Shown here in pieces: positions 52,801 to 64,000 of a stretch of 64,000 nucleotides of DNA; positions within the stretch are counted from its first letter, which is position 1, and the number at the start of each line of letters is the position of its first letter. Both the position numbers and the translations under genes were made by a program. The notes under the pieces are model-generated. The model did not search any database and was not told where the DNA came from. It worked only from the letters and a program-made list of their open reading frames with translations. This DNA is from Mytilus californianus (lineage: Eukaryota): the NCBI RefSeq assembly GCF_021869535.1, contig NW_026262679.1, positions 112,034,001-112,098,000 of the forward strand. The letters run 5' to 3'.

Positions 52801-54989
52801 CTGTACTTCCTCTTTCTCTTTTTTACTTGTAGTTCGGAAATTTTTAAATACTTTTTTTGGTTTTTTTTGTATTTTTTCATCAGACTGGTATTTGTAATTT
52901 CTTGACATATGGTTTTTGACTGTTCCCTTGTTACATGTTACTTTTTGAACTTAGAAATTGTAATTTGGGGTCAATTTAGAACTCATTTTCAGAACAAGTG
53001 ACTATTTGAATCCTTCCCATTGTTAATTTTCAATACACATGTAGTGTGTAAAAGCATTCCAATAGTACTTGCATGTGGAGTATATGTCTCTCAGCTGATA
53101 CGATGTTACTGTGTTACTGTTTGCATAAATGGGTCGTATACAACCAACCTCTGGCATCGATGCTATTTTGTATGTACAATAGGCTTTATTATTTCACAAG
53201 TAGATCAGTAGTGAAATAGTAATGGTTACTTGTTTAACGTACCTTAACTCCTAATATTTTATTTCTCCTTTGCCTCCTTAATTTTGACTCATGAAGCGTT
53301 TTCAAAAATTGAAACTCAGTGAAATCTAATAATCACCTTTCATTTACTACTTTTTGACATTGATTGTCAATGGTGGTCTACGAATTCTTTCAGGGGTATA
53401 GTTAAGACAAGCTTACATAGTAAAGTGTTACATTAAAGAGTTCAGAACGGACAACACATGTTTATTGTATAACCTCTCTTAGGTACGCTCGTTACCAAAA
53501 GTTTTGAAAGTAAGAAATGTAAAGCGTTTAAGGGCATAAAAAAATGATTCTAAAAAGAACAGACGGACATAAACCATCAACGGTCAACTTCGCTTGAGGA
53601 TAGTGAAATATAAAAAAAGGAGATGTGGTTTGATTTCCGGTGAGACAGCTATTCACCAGGGTCAAAATGACCTGGATGATATAAACTATATATCACCACT
53701 CTACTGATTTAAAAACTACCAAAACCTGCAAAAACTTGTGCCAACTCTGGCTAATGTCACCATGCCCGTAACGCACATTAGACATAGAAAGTCACAGAAA
53801 AATAAGGAAAACATAGAAACTTGTAATTCAGATCCTAATTCCACATACATTAATATTTGTCATATATATAAATAAAGAAAAATATATCAACTGTACGTAT
53901 TGTTTCTTAAGTTGGCAATGACTTTCAAAAAAGAGGCGGAATTAACCAAAATAGTACTAATTTTGAAATGGTGGGTTTAACCTGGTTTTATTGCTAGCTA
54001 AACCTCCTACTAGTATACATGATAAAAATCGTGTGAGCTACCAAAGCTAAGACACATTGTTGAACGTGACAATAAATGGGATTCATCAGCCAAAATTGTG
54101 TAATCATACATCATAGATGTACAACACAACTGACTTAACAAATCTAAAAAAAAACAAAAAAACACTATAGATATACACAACAACTGACTTTAAAATTCCA
54201 AAAAAATAAAAAAATAAATATGACAAAGGCAAGGGATATTAAAAATAAAAAGTCGAAGATATACTGACAACGCCATAAAAAACGTAAAACGACAAAAAGA
54301 CAAACAGTCTTAACTTGTGAATGTTTGCCATAACGTCGATGTCACTGCTGGAATGGATTATGACTTGGGCCGATTCGAAGCTTAAGATATTGATTCGACA
54401 CTTGTAAAGGATCAGATGTTTACTTCTGTTTTTCTTTTTTTTTTATGTCGACGGGTTGCTGTTTCATTCGCATATACCAAACATCTCCATTTATAAATAT
54501 TATCCGCGTGTACAATGTTGTGCGTTTAATGATTGCCGATGTTAAAACTGTAATCTATTTAAAATGATTATATTATGATAAAAGCTTGTGGTTGTTATGT
54601 TGAAAGGAAATTAATTTGTCGTTGTTAATAGAATTCGCAAAACCTGTCTTTTTCGGCTGTTGGTCCATTGAAGTGTAAATATACTTTATGTCTTTTTTTT
54701 CTGACCATACAATACAATAGTGGGGATGTCATTATTTATTTTGAATGACAAAGTTAGCTCTGCATTCATAATTACATCAGAATTACAAATCGCTACATTT
54801 ACCGATATTATTCCGTTGCTAAGCAAAACAATTAATTTCATTACATATTAGCAATTTATTGCTAATGAAGTTGTTTTCAAAACATTCCAAAACTATCATC
54901 TTCTTAATCTGATCAACTAAACTTAAATAACCATAAAGTGACAAATAAAAAAGATTTTCTTTCACACATTTTGATCACATCACTGTTTG

Positions 54990-55477
54990 TTAGACATCAG
55001 AAATAACGTTATAAGAATTATAGTTACGCTCCATCTGTTCAATACGTAAAGCGTCTATTTGATCCTGATCGTAATTTCCGGAATGATAATCGTCATAATC
55101 ACTTTTGAGCGTAGTGGAAGATACCTCCTTTGAGTTCGGTGTACCTCCATTTGAATATTGGTACAAATTAACCATTTCGTCGCCCTTGCTTAATTCCATA
55201 TCATTTTTGTTATAGTGGTTAACATTTTGATGTCTAGGAGAACCATGAAATGATCCTTTGAGCTCCGAGAAAGACGTATTCATCGAACACTGTCGTCGAT
55301 GTCCAAAGTGTCGTCGTCTCTGTCGGCACTGACACTTTATTATTCTACAATATGCATTTTTAAATTCTTTGCTTGAACAAGCGTATATAATCGGATTTAT
55401 CATAGAATTACAATACCCAAGCCAGAAAGCCACTTTAAACAAAATCTCCGGAATATAGCAGAATTGACATAAGGCAC
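54990..55477 (-). CDS. ADRA1-like: Terminal coding exon (ECL3, TM7, C-tail) of an alpha1-adrenergic-like class A GPCR
   Basis: Acceptor ttgttctttcAG (AG = 55479-78), phase 1, reading (G)[45 protein letters not shown]. NPxxY is present and the segment resembles vertebrate ADRA1 [30 protein letters not shown] (recalled). Candidate AATAAA signals at 54855-60 and 54735-40 (minus). Confidence 0.88.
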
Positions 55478-57043
55478 CTGAAAGAACAATATATGAAAAA
55501 TCATTAATTAGCTGAAATCAATCAACTTCAATATAAAGTAGATAAATGGGTTTTCAGTGCCATTTTAAAATATCAAAATTGTTTAATGTAGGGCACGTGC
55601 GCATGTAATACATCTAAACACTAAGTAATATTTTCTATGCAAAAGCTCAACAGACTTATCAGGCTTATAATTTTATACGCATGACGAGCATTTCTTCTAC
55701 ATCAGACTTATCGGTGACGCTCGATTTAAAAAGATTGTCAGCAACATCAAAAACGAAGTTGTAGAGATTTAAAACCGAAAATTCCTGTTAATGACATAAA
55801 TGATGTTTCAAATTGTTGAAAAATATCTAAATTTACTCAGAATGATATTTGAAATTGAAATGTCTTTTAAAATGATATAAAAAAATTGACTAATCTACAG
55901 AAAGGAAAAAAAATCGATAGGAAAAAAAACCCCAACATTATTCATGATACACAAACGACACGATTTTTTTCTGGTAAACTCTTCATTCATGACATTAGAC
56001 ACTAACCAGGGGGAAAAATGCATGAAAATTGTTGAATAGTACGAAATTACGAAATGGAATTGAATATGACTTGAAAAACAGATTTTATAACGATCAAAGG
56101 AAAATAACGACGAAAAGACAAACAACAGGATAGGAAACTACATGGAAAACTAAAGAATGAGCAAATTGATACCAAAGATAAAATCTTGAGAATAACAAAT
56201 TTGTGCTCCAATTTTGGAACCGGTCTTATTATTCCTGGCAATTAGACATTTGATAAATTGCAATTGGGGATGTTATAAAAAAAGAAAGGAGAAATGTTTG
56301 AAGAAACAAAAACAGAAAACGTATATATCTGTGGTCGTCTGTGATACAGAATATCCTGAATGGTCAACAGAGTCAGATGACATCGGTTTAAACGTTTGAG
56401 CGTTTCGTCTACAAAGGCTCACCAGTTGCGTTCGAATGAATAATGTTAAAGACGAAGTTGAAGTGCATTGAGGACCCAAAATTCAAAAAGATTTTACCAA
56501 ATAAATCTAAGATAATCTATTCCGTAATTATTTTTATTGCACAAAATGATGTACAAATATTCTGAATCCTCAAGTACATACAAATGTATCAAATACAGGT
56601 ATATCATGATTTCATTATTTTTATTTGCATAATCAGTTAACTAAAATAAAATATTCTTCCCACGCATTTCTATTATAATGCTTTTTCTTCCCACGTATTT
56701 CGTCAACACAGCTTTATATATTGTTATGCTTAAGAATCAGAAAAAGATAATTCTTCAAACATGACTGCAAAATCTCACTAAGAATGAAAAGATATTAAAT
56801 TACAAAGCGTGATTATATATCGATCATAATTACAACAACAGCTGAATATCATCTCTAATGGTAAAGTCGATCCACTACGAATTAGCGAATGTTGTAATGA
56901 CTGTATAGGAATACATTTTCTTAAATGTTCATTTTACTCAAATCTGAGTTCATTCATTAGTTCTTCAAAGTAACCAAATATACTAATCCATAATGTGGCA
57001 TTACTTCGTTATTTATTTGGCCTTTTTAACTTTTTTTATTCGA

Positions 57044-57087
57044 GCGTCACTGATGAGTCTTTTGTAAGGGAAACGGGCGTCTGGCGT
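57044..57087 (+). ncRNA. Family-1 hammerhead motif with catalytic boxes intact but stem II damaged
   Basis: gcgtca-CTGATGA-Gtcttttgtaagg-GAAAC-gggc-GTC-tggcgt. The G10.1-C11.1 pair is lost. Confidence 0.75.
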
Positions 57088-59475
57088 ACACAAGTTTATG
57101 CCTTGTATCTATGATGAGTTCGTATGGAATTTAGGCAACAGTAGTTTACCGATGTTCAAATCTCATAAAACTATTTAAAAGACAAATCAAGGATACAAAC
57201 AAAAACTCGTATGAACTGTAAAAGGAGCGAAACCGAATGCATTGATAAAACTATTAAAACTAAAATAAATTTCACTTTGCAAACATAAAAAATAAGTAAA
57301 AGGCTGGTCAATGGAAAGGTTTTCTATGAAATGTATGACAGGGGTTCTCTTCAGACCACTTAACTTCATGATCAAAATTTTTCTATTGACTAACAAATTT
57401 TATACATATTCACAATCCTAGTCATGTTACATTTACTCTATTGATAGGAACCGATAAAAAGAAGAGTGTGTTTAGATTTCAGTAATTGTAAACTAGTTTT
57501 GATTGCTACTCACTAGTTTCATAGCTTATATATTGGTTCAATTCAATTGCATGATGCTTGACATTGATTTTCAAGGTCATAAATGTAAATGCTGCAGTCA
57601 TAGATTAAGAACTCGACTATTAAAGCATATCCCATTCAATTTTTTTTAAGTTAATCTATAGTTATGTGAAGTTATCAAAATAATGATATTTGGGCCTAAT
57701 TCGCTGCAGAAATTACTGTTGAGTCATTTATATCTAAGAACTTTCCTGACCTTAACCTCCAGCAAATCCTTTGGTTTGTATAACAAATTTCTTTAAAAGA
57801 ATATGAATAACAAAGATTTGGGATAAACGTTGAAGTAAAGTAATTCAACATCACTAGGAATGTTGAAAAAAAAAAGTTTTCAGCAATGGACAAGTCTATA
57901 CAATATGTCTAAAAGTAAGCAAGTGTTTTTCTTATTAAAGCTTGCTTTTTTTTAAAATTAATAACAAAAAGTGAGTCAGATAGCATTATACGGTAACGTT
58001 AATGGCATTAATGAAAAGCAACAGTATTTTACCGAAATAAAACTCAAAGTGATCATTTGATGTTCTTTATTCTTGGGTTGGTTCAAAATAAAATGTCCCT
58101 TTTAAATATAGTTGAGTTTATCGTAGGGTAAGATGTACTTTCCTTTTCCAACGGTCGTAAGACGAGGAAAAGAAAATAATTGATATGGATGACAAGTTAA
58201 TTGAAGGTAGATAATACAAAGACTGCAAACCGTGAGTCGAAGAACGACACCATAAATGTTCAAATTGATGACTTCAACTTTACAAATTTGCAGCTTTTGG
58301 TATTCTCCTTAGCGTACTCAAACGCACCATGTTTTTCCTTTTGATTTTAACACAAATACGTAGTTTGTTATCCATTAAACACATTATTTGTCAAATTAAG
58401 TATAAAAATTCAATCATATAACGTTACGTAATGTATCTCTTTTCCCTCATCATAGTATAATTATACAATATTTTACACCCACACTTCTCAGTACAGTGGG
58501 TAATTTGCTTTATGGATGCTGTCGTCTTAAGAAGGAAGCAGTCTCAGACAAAGTTTCCTGTTAAATACCGAGGTAATGTTCAGAAGTGGAATAGAAATTT
58601 ATTTCCTAGTTGTCAGAAAAAGGCATTAGTAATATCAATAAAGTTGGCAGCATGGATTCTGTTAGGTCATAATGTATCTAGTGAATCACACTTGATATTT
58701 GATAATTCGTGTTTTATTTCACTTAAGTCATTTACTCTTCACGCGTTACTTATACAAACATGGCTTTAAACATTTTGGCTTTGAGCGTTCCTAATAAATT
58801 TAAATCGAGGAAAGCGCTTCTAACACATAAAATTTATAATAGAAAGTGTTACTTTCAGTTTTTGTCTCTCACAAACAAAAATTGATTTTGATCCCCGGTG
58901 TTTTGAAGTGCTCATGTCATACAATCTTTTTCTGTGTGATGTATTGCAGATGATTACTTGTCTTAAATCTCATTCATGTTGCCATACTGGATTCTATTTG
59001 ACATGTTATTGTTTAAACGTGACAAGTTTTAAGAAGGTGAATAAGTATTTACTTAAGGATGTTGTCAGGTCAGGTTTAGGAATTGTTGTCAGGTGTTCGA
59101 ACTCCTTGAATTTTTTCCTGAGATACAGGGTAAATTATTTTGCCCCATATCACCCACTTTTCCTTTCATAGAAGACTTCAATAGCTCATAAAAAGAATTA
59201 TTTTTTCTTATGATTTGAGAACCAAATAATGCCAATGCTAAATATAAGGCAAAGGTCCGAGTCGTTTTGATCCGTCATTTTTTAAAAATCAAATATCTCA
59301 AAAAAGTGTTCCATAACCTATCAATATTTTTTAAACTTATTTTGTTCCTTTACTAATGCTTTTCTGACTTATAGTATCAATTTTAAATTCAAGATTTTTT
59401 TAATTTCACCTAACTACATCCTTAACATGTCCTTAGAAACAATAAAATACTTGAAAACCTCAAATATCATATAGT

Positions 59476-60060
59476 TAAAAATAAGGAAATGTGATATGAT
59501 TGCCAATGTTCAAATTAAGTGGATGTAAGCAATTACAGGCAACCGTAAGGCCTTCAACATAGAGAAAACTCATACCGTTTAGTCGGCTATTAAAGGCCCG
59601 ACCTAAAAAATATGAAACAATTCAATTGAGAAAACTAACGGCATAATTTATAACAAAACAATTTACGAAAAACAAATATGACAGACATGAACCAACGAAA
59701 ACCACCGAACTACATGCTCCTGACTTGGGACAGGTACACAAAGAATGTCGTCGGGTTAAATATGTTTGTAAACGCCCAACCCTCCCCTAACCTGGGACAG
59801 TAGGGTTATAGCACAACATAAGAACACAGTATAAAAATCAGTTGAAAAGGGCTTAACTCGATACAAAGCAGAAAAAAAACATCTAAAAAAAACACACACC
59901 AGACGTGGCAGGGTATTTAGACATCATTGACAACAAAAAAGACACAGAAACAGATCTGAGCGTACTAGCAGTTACTGACAGCTATTTCAAAGCCAATGAG
60001 AACTAATAAAAAATCATGTATCTAAGACTTAAATATCAATCAGTACACATCCAACATCTA
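59476..60060 (-). repeat. Long solo copy of the family-1 Naiad 3' UTR, truncated inside the SECIS-like hairpin
   Basis: Collinear with 20066-20680. It retains only the 3' arm (gatgttggatgtgtactgattGAt..agtcttaga). Confidence 0.8.
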
Positions 60061-60332
60061 AAGAGAATAGTTTAGATTACTGTTCCGCTCCTTAACAGTT
60101 GTTCAATTCTTTATTTTTCTTCTATAATAACAATAATTTGAAAACAAAAGTGTTGATTCTTTTTTTAGATAACATTCTAAATGCTAGCTTAGGACTTGCT
60201 AACCACAGATTCTATTTAACAATAACTCTCTGGGACTTATGCAAAACTTATGAAAGCGGATTATCAATCTAAAAATCAGTAAGATGTGGTGTTTTATCTT
60301 TTGAACCAACCAGATGTAGTAATTTCTTCGTA

Positions 60333-60742
60333 CAAATAGTTATCAAAGGTACCAGGATTATAATTTAAAAAGCCAGACGTGCGTTTCGTCTACATAAGAC
60401 TCATCAGTGACGCTCAGATCAAAATAATTATAAAGCCAAACAAGTACAAAGTTGAAGAGCATTGACGACCCAAAATTCCAAAAAAGTTGTGCCAAATACG
60501 GCTAAGGTAATCTATTCCTGGGATAAGAAAATCCTTAGTTTTTCGAAAAATTCAAAGTTCTGTAACAGGAAATTTATAAGAATAACCATATAATTGATAT
60601 TCATGTCAACACCGAAGTGCTGACTACTGGGCTGGTGATACCCTCGGGGACGAAACGTTCACCAGCAGTGGCATCGACCCAGTGGTGTAAATAGTTACCA
60701 GGATTATAATTTAATACGCCAGACGCGCGTTTTGTCTACATC
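60333..60742 (-). mobile_element. Family-1 retrozyme: one full 346-nt monomer plus about 60 nt of overlap
   Basis: The GUC sites of two hammerhead halves lie at 60722-24 and 60376-78 (346 nt apart), and the terminal about 60 nt are duplicated. Confidence 0.88.
60372..60413 (-). ncRNA. Minimal type I hammerhead ribozyme, family 1, core intact
   Basis: gcgtca-CTGATGA-Gtct-tatgt-agaC-GAAAC-gcac-GTC-tggc. Predicted cleavage between 60376 and 60375. Confidence 0.88.
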
Positions 60743-63409
60743 ATACAAATATCAATAAAATAATAAAGAAAGGCGGGAAAAAGGAAAAAAGAGGATACCT
60801 TGACCAAAATGCTTGCTTATGGACGTGCATTCATATAATCAAGTCATAATTCAGACTGAAATAGATCATTTCTATTCATTTTTCCTGTGGTCATTATCTT
60901 TGGTGAATGTCGTATCAGGGATAATGTGAATGTTATATCTGAAGCTATTTAAATTGCATGGAAGCGCAAAAGATCAACAAATACTTACAAAATTTCAATT
61001 GTATTCTTTCAATCAAAACAAGTTTAAAGATGAATTGTGTTTATGGTACATGTATGTATGAATATCTGCAATGTTTGAATGTGAAAAAAAATATATATAA
61101 ATTTCTTGCCGTAGGTTAATTTATATTTTTCGTTTTTTTTTACAGCAGTTTAACGAACAGTCATTAGTGTTGGAAAAGGTTTTTATTAAAATATGTAGCT
61201 GTTCAAGGAAAAATAAACTGTGAACAAAATAGGCATGGGGCTAACGTAGGAAGAGTACGAAAGTTGCAAATGTAGACGTTGTCAAAACAATGTGATGCAC
61301 GAGTTAATACAGTAGCATTTTATCATTGTAGCTGTAACCATGCCTTTTATTTACCATCAATGTATCTATAAAAAAAGTAAAATCTGTTCAAAAAGATAGT
61401 TTAAACATGATATTATATATTCAAAAAATACAATTCTAATACAGTTTTGACATTCATATGGTGTAAAAAACTAATTGCGTATTTACAAAATCCAGAGCGA
61501 AATTTTCAGTGGTTTTATAAAATTCTTAACAATTTTAGGGATAACCCAAATTAATAAAACTGCTAATTACTTAACAAAATCTCTGAATATTTTTATGGAT
61601 TTAACCAAATTGATTTTTTTAAAAACTTGATTTTACAAATTCACTGTAACTTATACACATGGTAACCTCACGGCTTATAATAATTGATCCACACCATATA
61701 TGACATTCTTTAAATCTTTTGAATAGAACAAAATAACAATAATATAGATATAAGTGATGTTAATGATGTTAATTCTTTAAATCCAAAACATCTACTCTAA
61801 AATCATCAATCATTATCATTACAAAATGTTGCACTAATATTAAAAAAGTTCCTGATAGCTACAAAGATATAACAAATATAGTCATGTTGGTCATTAATAC
61901 CGGGTACCTTAGAATCGTTTATAATTAACAACTTAAGAGAAGTGTTAGCAAAATCCAAAAATGTCGCATTTCCCAGCTCGTCCACTGGGAGAAACACTTA
62001 ATGTTTCTGATGGACATGGTAAAAAACTATTCTAGAAAAAAGGTTCAGCGAAAACAAGATGAACCAAAACTTGACACTTTATCAGAACGGATAAAACAAT
62101 GCTCGGTTATACATTCAGAAGCTCATTGAAAAAACTACGATGTACCATAAGCACACCTTTTCCTAATCCTTTCGAGGAACAAAAAAATCTTTTTTTGGAA
62201 TGCTAAATAACGTGTAATTTATCTGGGTATCTAACATATATCGTTACAGTACTCACGACATTTCAAATATAAAAAAATTACAAATCCGTTAACGTTATTT
62301 TGTCATTTTGGTATTAACATAAAGAAGGACGATGAAAATCATTTATTTATTCGATTGTCACTGCAGAGTCTTTTGTAGATGAAAAGCGCGTCTTGCGTGC
62401 AAAATTATAAGCCTGGTATATATGATGTGTTTTTTCATATAACCAAAACTGCTTCTTATCTTGATCCTCTTCTTTGATATGGACAAAGATGAACGGCTTA
62501 AAACTAAATTCAATGGCAAAGAAATAACTTGGCAATACATAATTAGTTTCCTTTAGTTTTGACACGTCTCCAATGTTTGTTTTAAGTAAAGACAAAAGAA
62601 TTATCGAAATCCGTGTCTGATGCAGTAAAATTGATACCGATAATGTTACTTACTGTATCCTATTCCCGATTTTGAGTAGGTGTGAATTCGCATGGTGGGT
62701 AAAACACAGACGAAAGATACCAAAAGGGCATTCAAACTCGTAAGTCGGAAATAAACTGACAACGCCATGGCAAAAATACGAAAAAAGACCAAAAGACAAA
62801 CAACAGTATAGAAAACACAACACAGAAATGAGGGTAATGAAAGCAAAGCAGGAGAAGTTTACTCTTTCGACGCAACCGGTCTAGCTTTTTTTTTGAGTTT
62901 AAGAGATTCACGCATTGTTTTTTCACCTGTATCTCAATATTCTAAATGGATTTATGAAACTTGAAAAACGGTAAATAAGTATAACAAAAGTACCAAACTC
63001 CAAGGTAAATTCAAAAAGCGGAAGTTCATAAAAACTGACTGTTGTTGCTTCTTACATATTGGTATTCCAATGACAAATACATATAAAGCAGTGATTTTCA
63101 TTGCATTTGCATAATTTGGAAGAACGATTATTGTTAATGAAAGAACGCTGGGAAGTAGATATTGAATACAAAATACAGAAAAAGAAATCCGTATTTATCT
63201 ATTTCATTTACTCGTATCAGTTATTTTAGGTCCTTTTATTGATAAAGTGCATTTATTTTTATATTCAAACAGAGTAAGCTTCGAAACAATTGTTTCGAAA
63301 ACAAGTTTTTTTAAACAAGATATCGAAGATTATATGTACTCTAACAGATCTTTGGAATTTCTTAGTATCCACAACTGATTCACGCCGCCCCAAGAGTAGG
63401 AAGTTCCAC

Positions 63410-64000
63410 AATAACTTTATAGCCCGGCTTTGATTGCTAACAAAATTGATATAAGTAATTTAGAAAGAGGTTTCGTGAAGCACTTACAAGACCCAACACT
63501 ATAATGTTGTCTGTATGGAAGGACAATTATGAAATTTGGGTATCCAATACAGTGAAGCAAGATTCTGATCTTCATCTTTGGTTGCAATAGCAAAGGAACA
63601 TAGAACAGACCCATGATTATTCAGGATTTCCTTCTTGGTAAGTGTCGTGGGGAAGTACGTTATGTTTCAAAGATAATTGTTAATACTTTCCTCGTTTATC
63701 AAGCAGTTTTTGTAATGTGATTTACACACATAAATTATGTTGTTTGGGTTTTTTTCTACGGGGTCAACAACATATTTGCTATGGATATAGTACAGGTGCT
63801 TAGCAACTTTTGGGTCTGTGAAGTTCGATGTAGCATGTGTCTCCATAGACCCATTAAGTTGTTTAATTTTGATTTGTATCAATGACCTCTTATCCTTAAT
63901 CCATTTGGAAGCGTATCTACGTCTCCTTTTTCGCGTTTAGTCAGTTGCCAGGCATTTTTTATCCTCGGCTGAATCCATCAGTATTTTGAAGCTGTATTTT
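63410..64000 (-). pseudogene. Family-2 PLE RT N-terminal fragment running off the window
   Basis: QIKIKQLNGSM..KYVVDPVEKNPNNIIYVCKSHY..LASLYWIPKFH..SCKCFTKPLSKLL..AIKAGL. Confidence 0.85.

Noticed and set aside
61905-61985. Possible small minus-strand exon (ttctcccAG..DELGNATFLDFANTSLKLLIINDSK..GTaccc)
   Set aside because: Splice-like ends are present but there is no recognisable homology, and it does not fit a GPCR TM1-6 sequence. RNA-seq would be needed.

Overview
AT-rich eukaryotic DNA, most likely a bivalve such as Mytilus (inferred from the repeat families; not verifiable here). The only host coding sequence I can support is the terminal exon of an alpha1-adrenergic-type class A GPCR (54990-55477, minus), whose upstream intron appears to run off the right end. 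The rest is dense with decayed mobile DNA. (1) Many Penelope-like (Naiad-type, N-terminal GIY-YIG plus RT) retroelement copies in two families. One family has TGA codons at conserved Cys positions and a SECIS-like hairpin about 85 nt after the RT stop, suggesting a selenoprotein-encoding retroelement. (2) A nearly complete but pseudogenised Ngaro/DIRS-type tyrosine-recombinase retrotransposon (gag, RT, RNase H, YR, SGNH hydrolase) at about 15.5-20 kb. (3) About 16 intact or decayed minimal type I hammerhead ribozyme motifs in two families, including a 346-nt retrozyme monomer and a 539-nt unit present as a 1.4-mer. (4) A 32-bp minisatellite that grew out of a retroelement 3' end, a TGT..ACA TIR element, a tRNA-derived SINE and several local duplication or inversion scars. 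All alignments and folds were done by eye; element boundaries are approximate unless stated otherwise.
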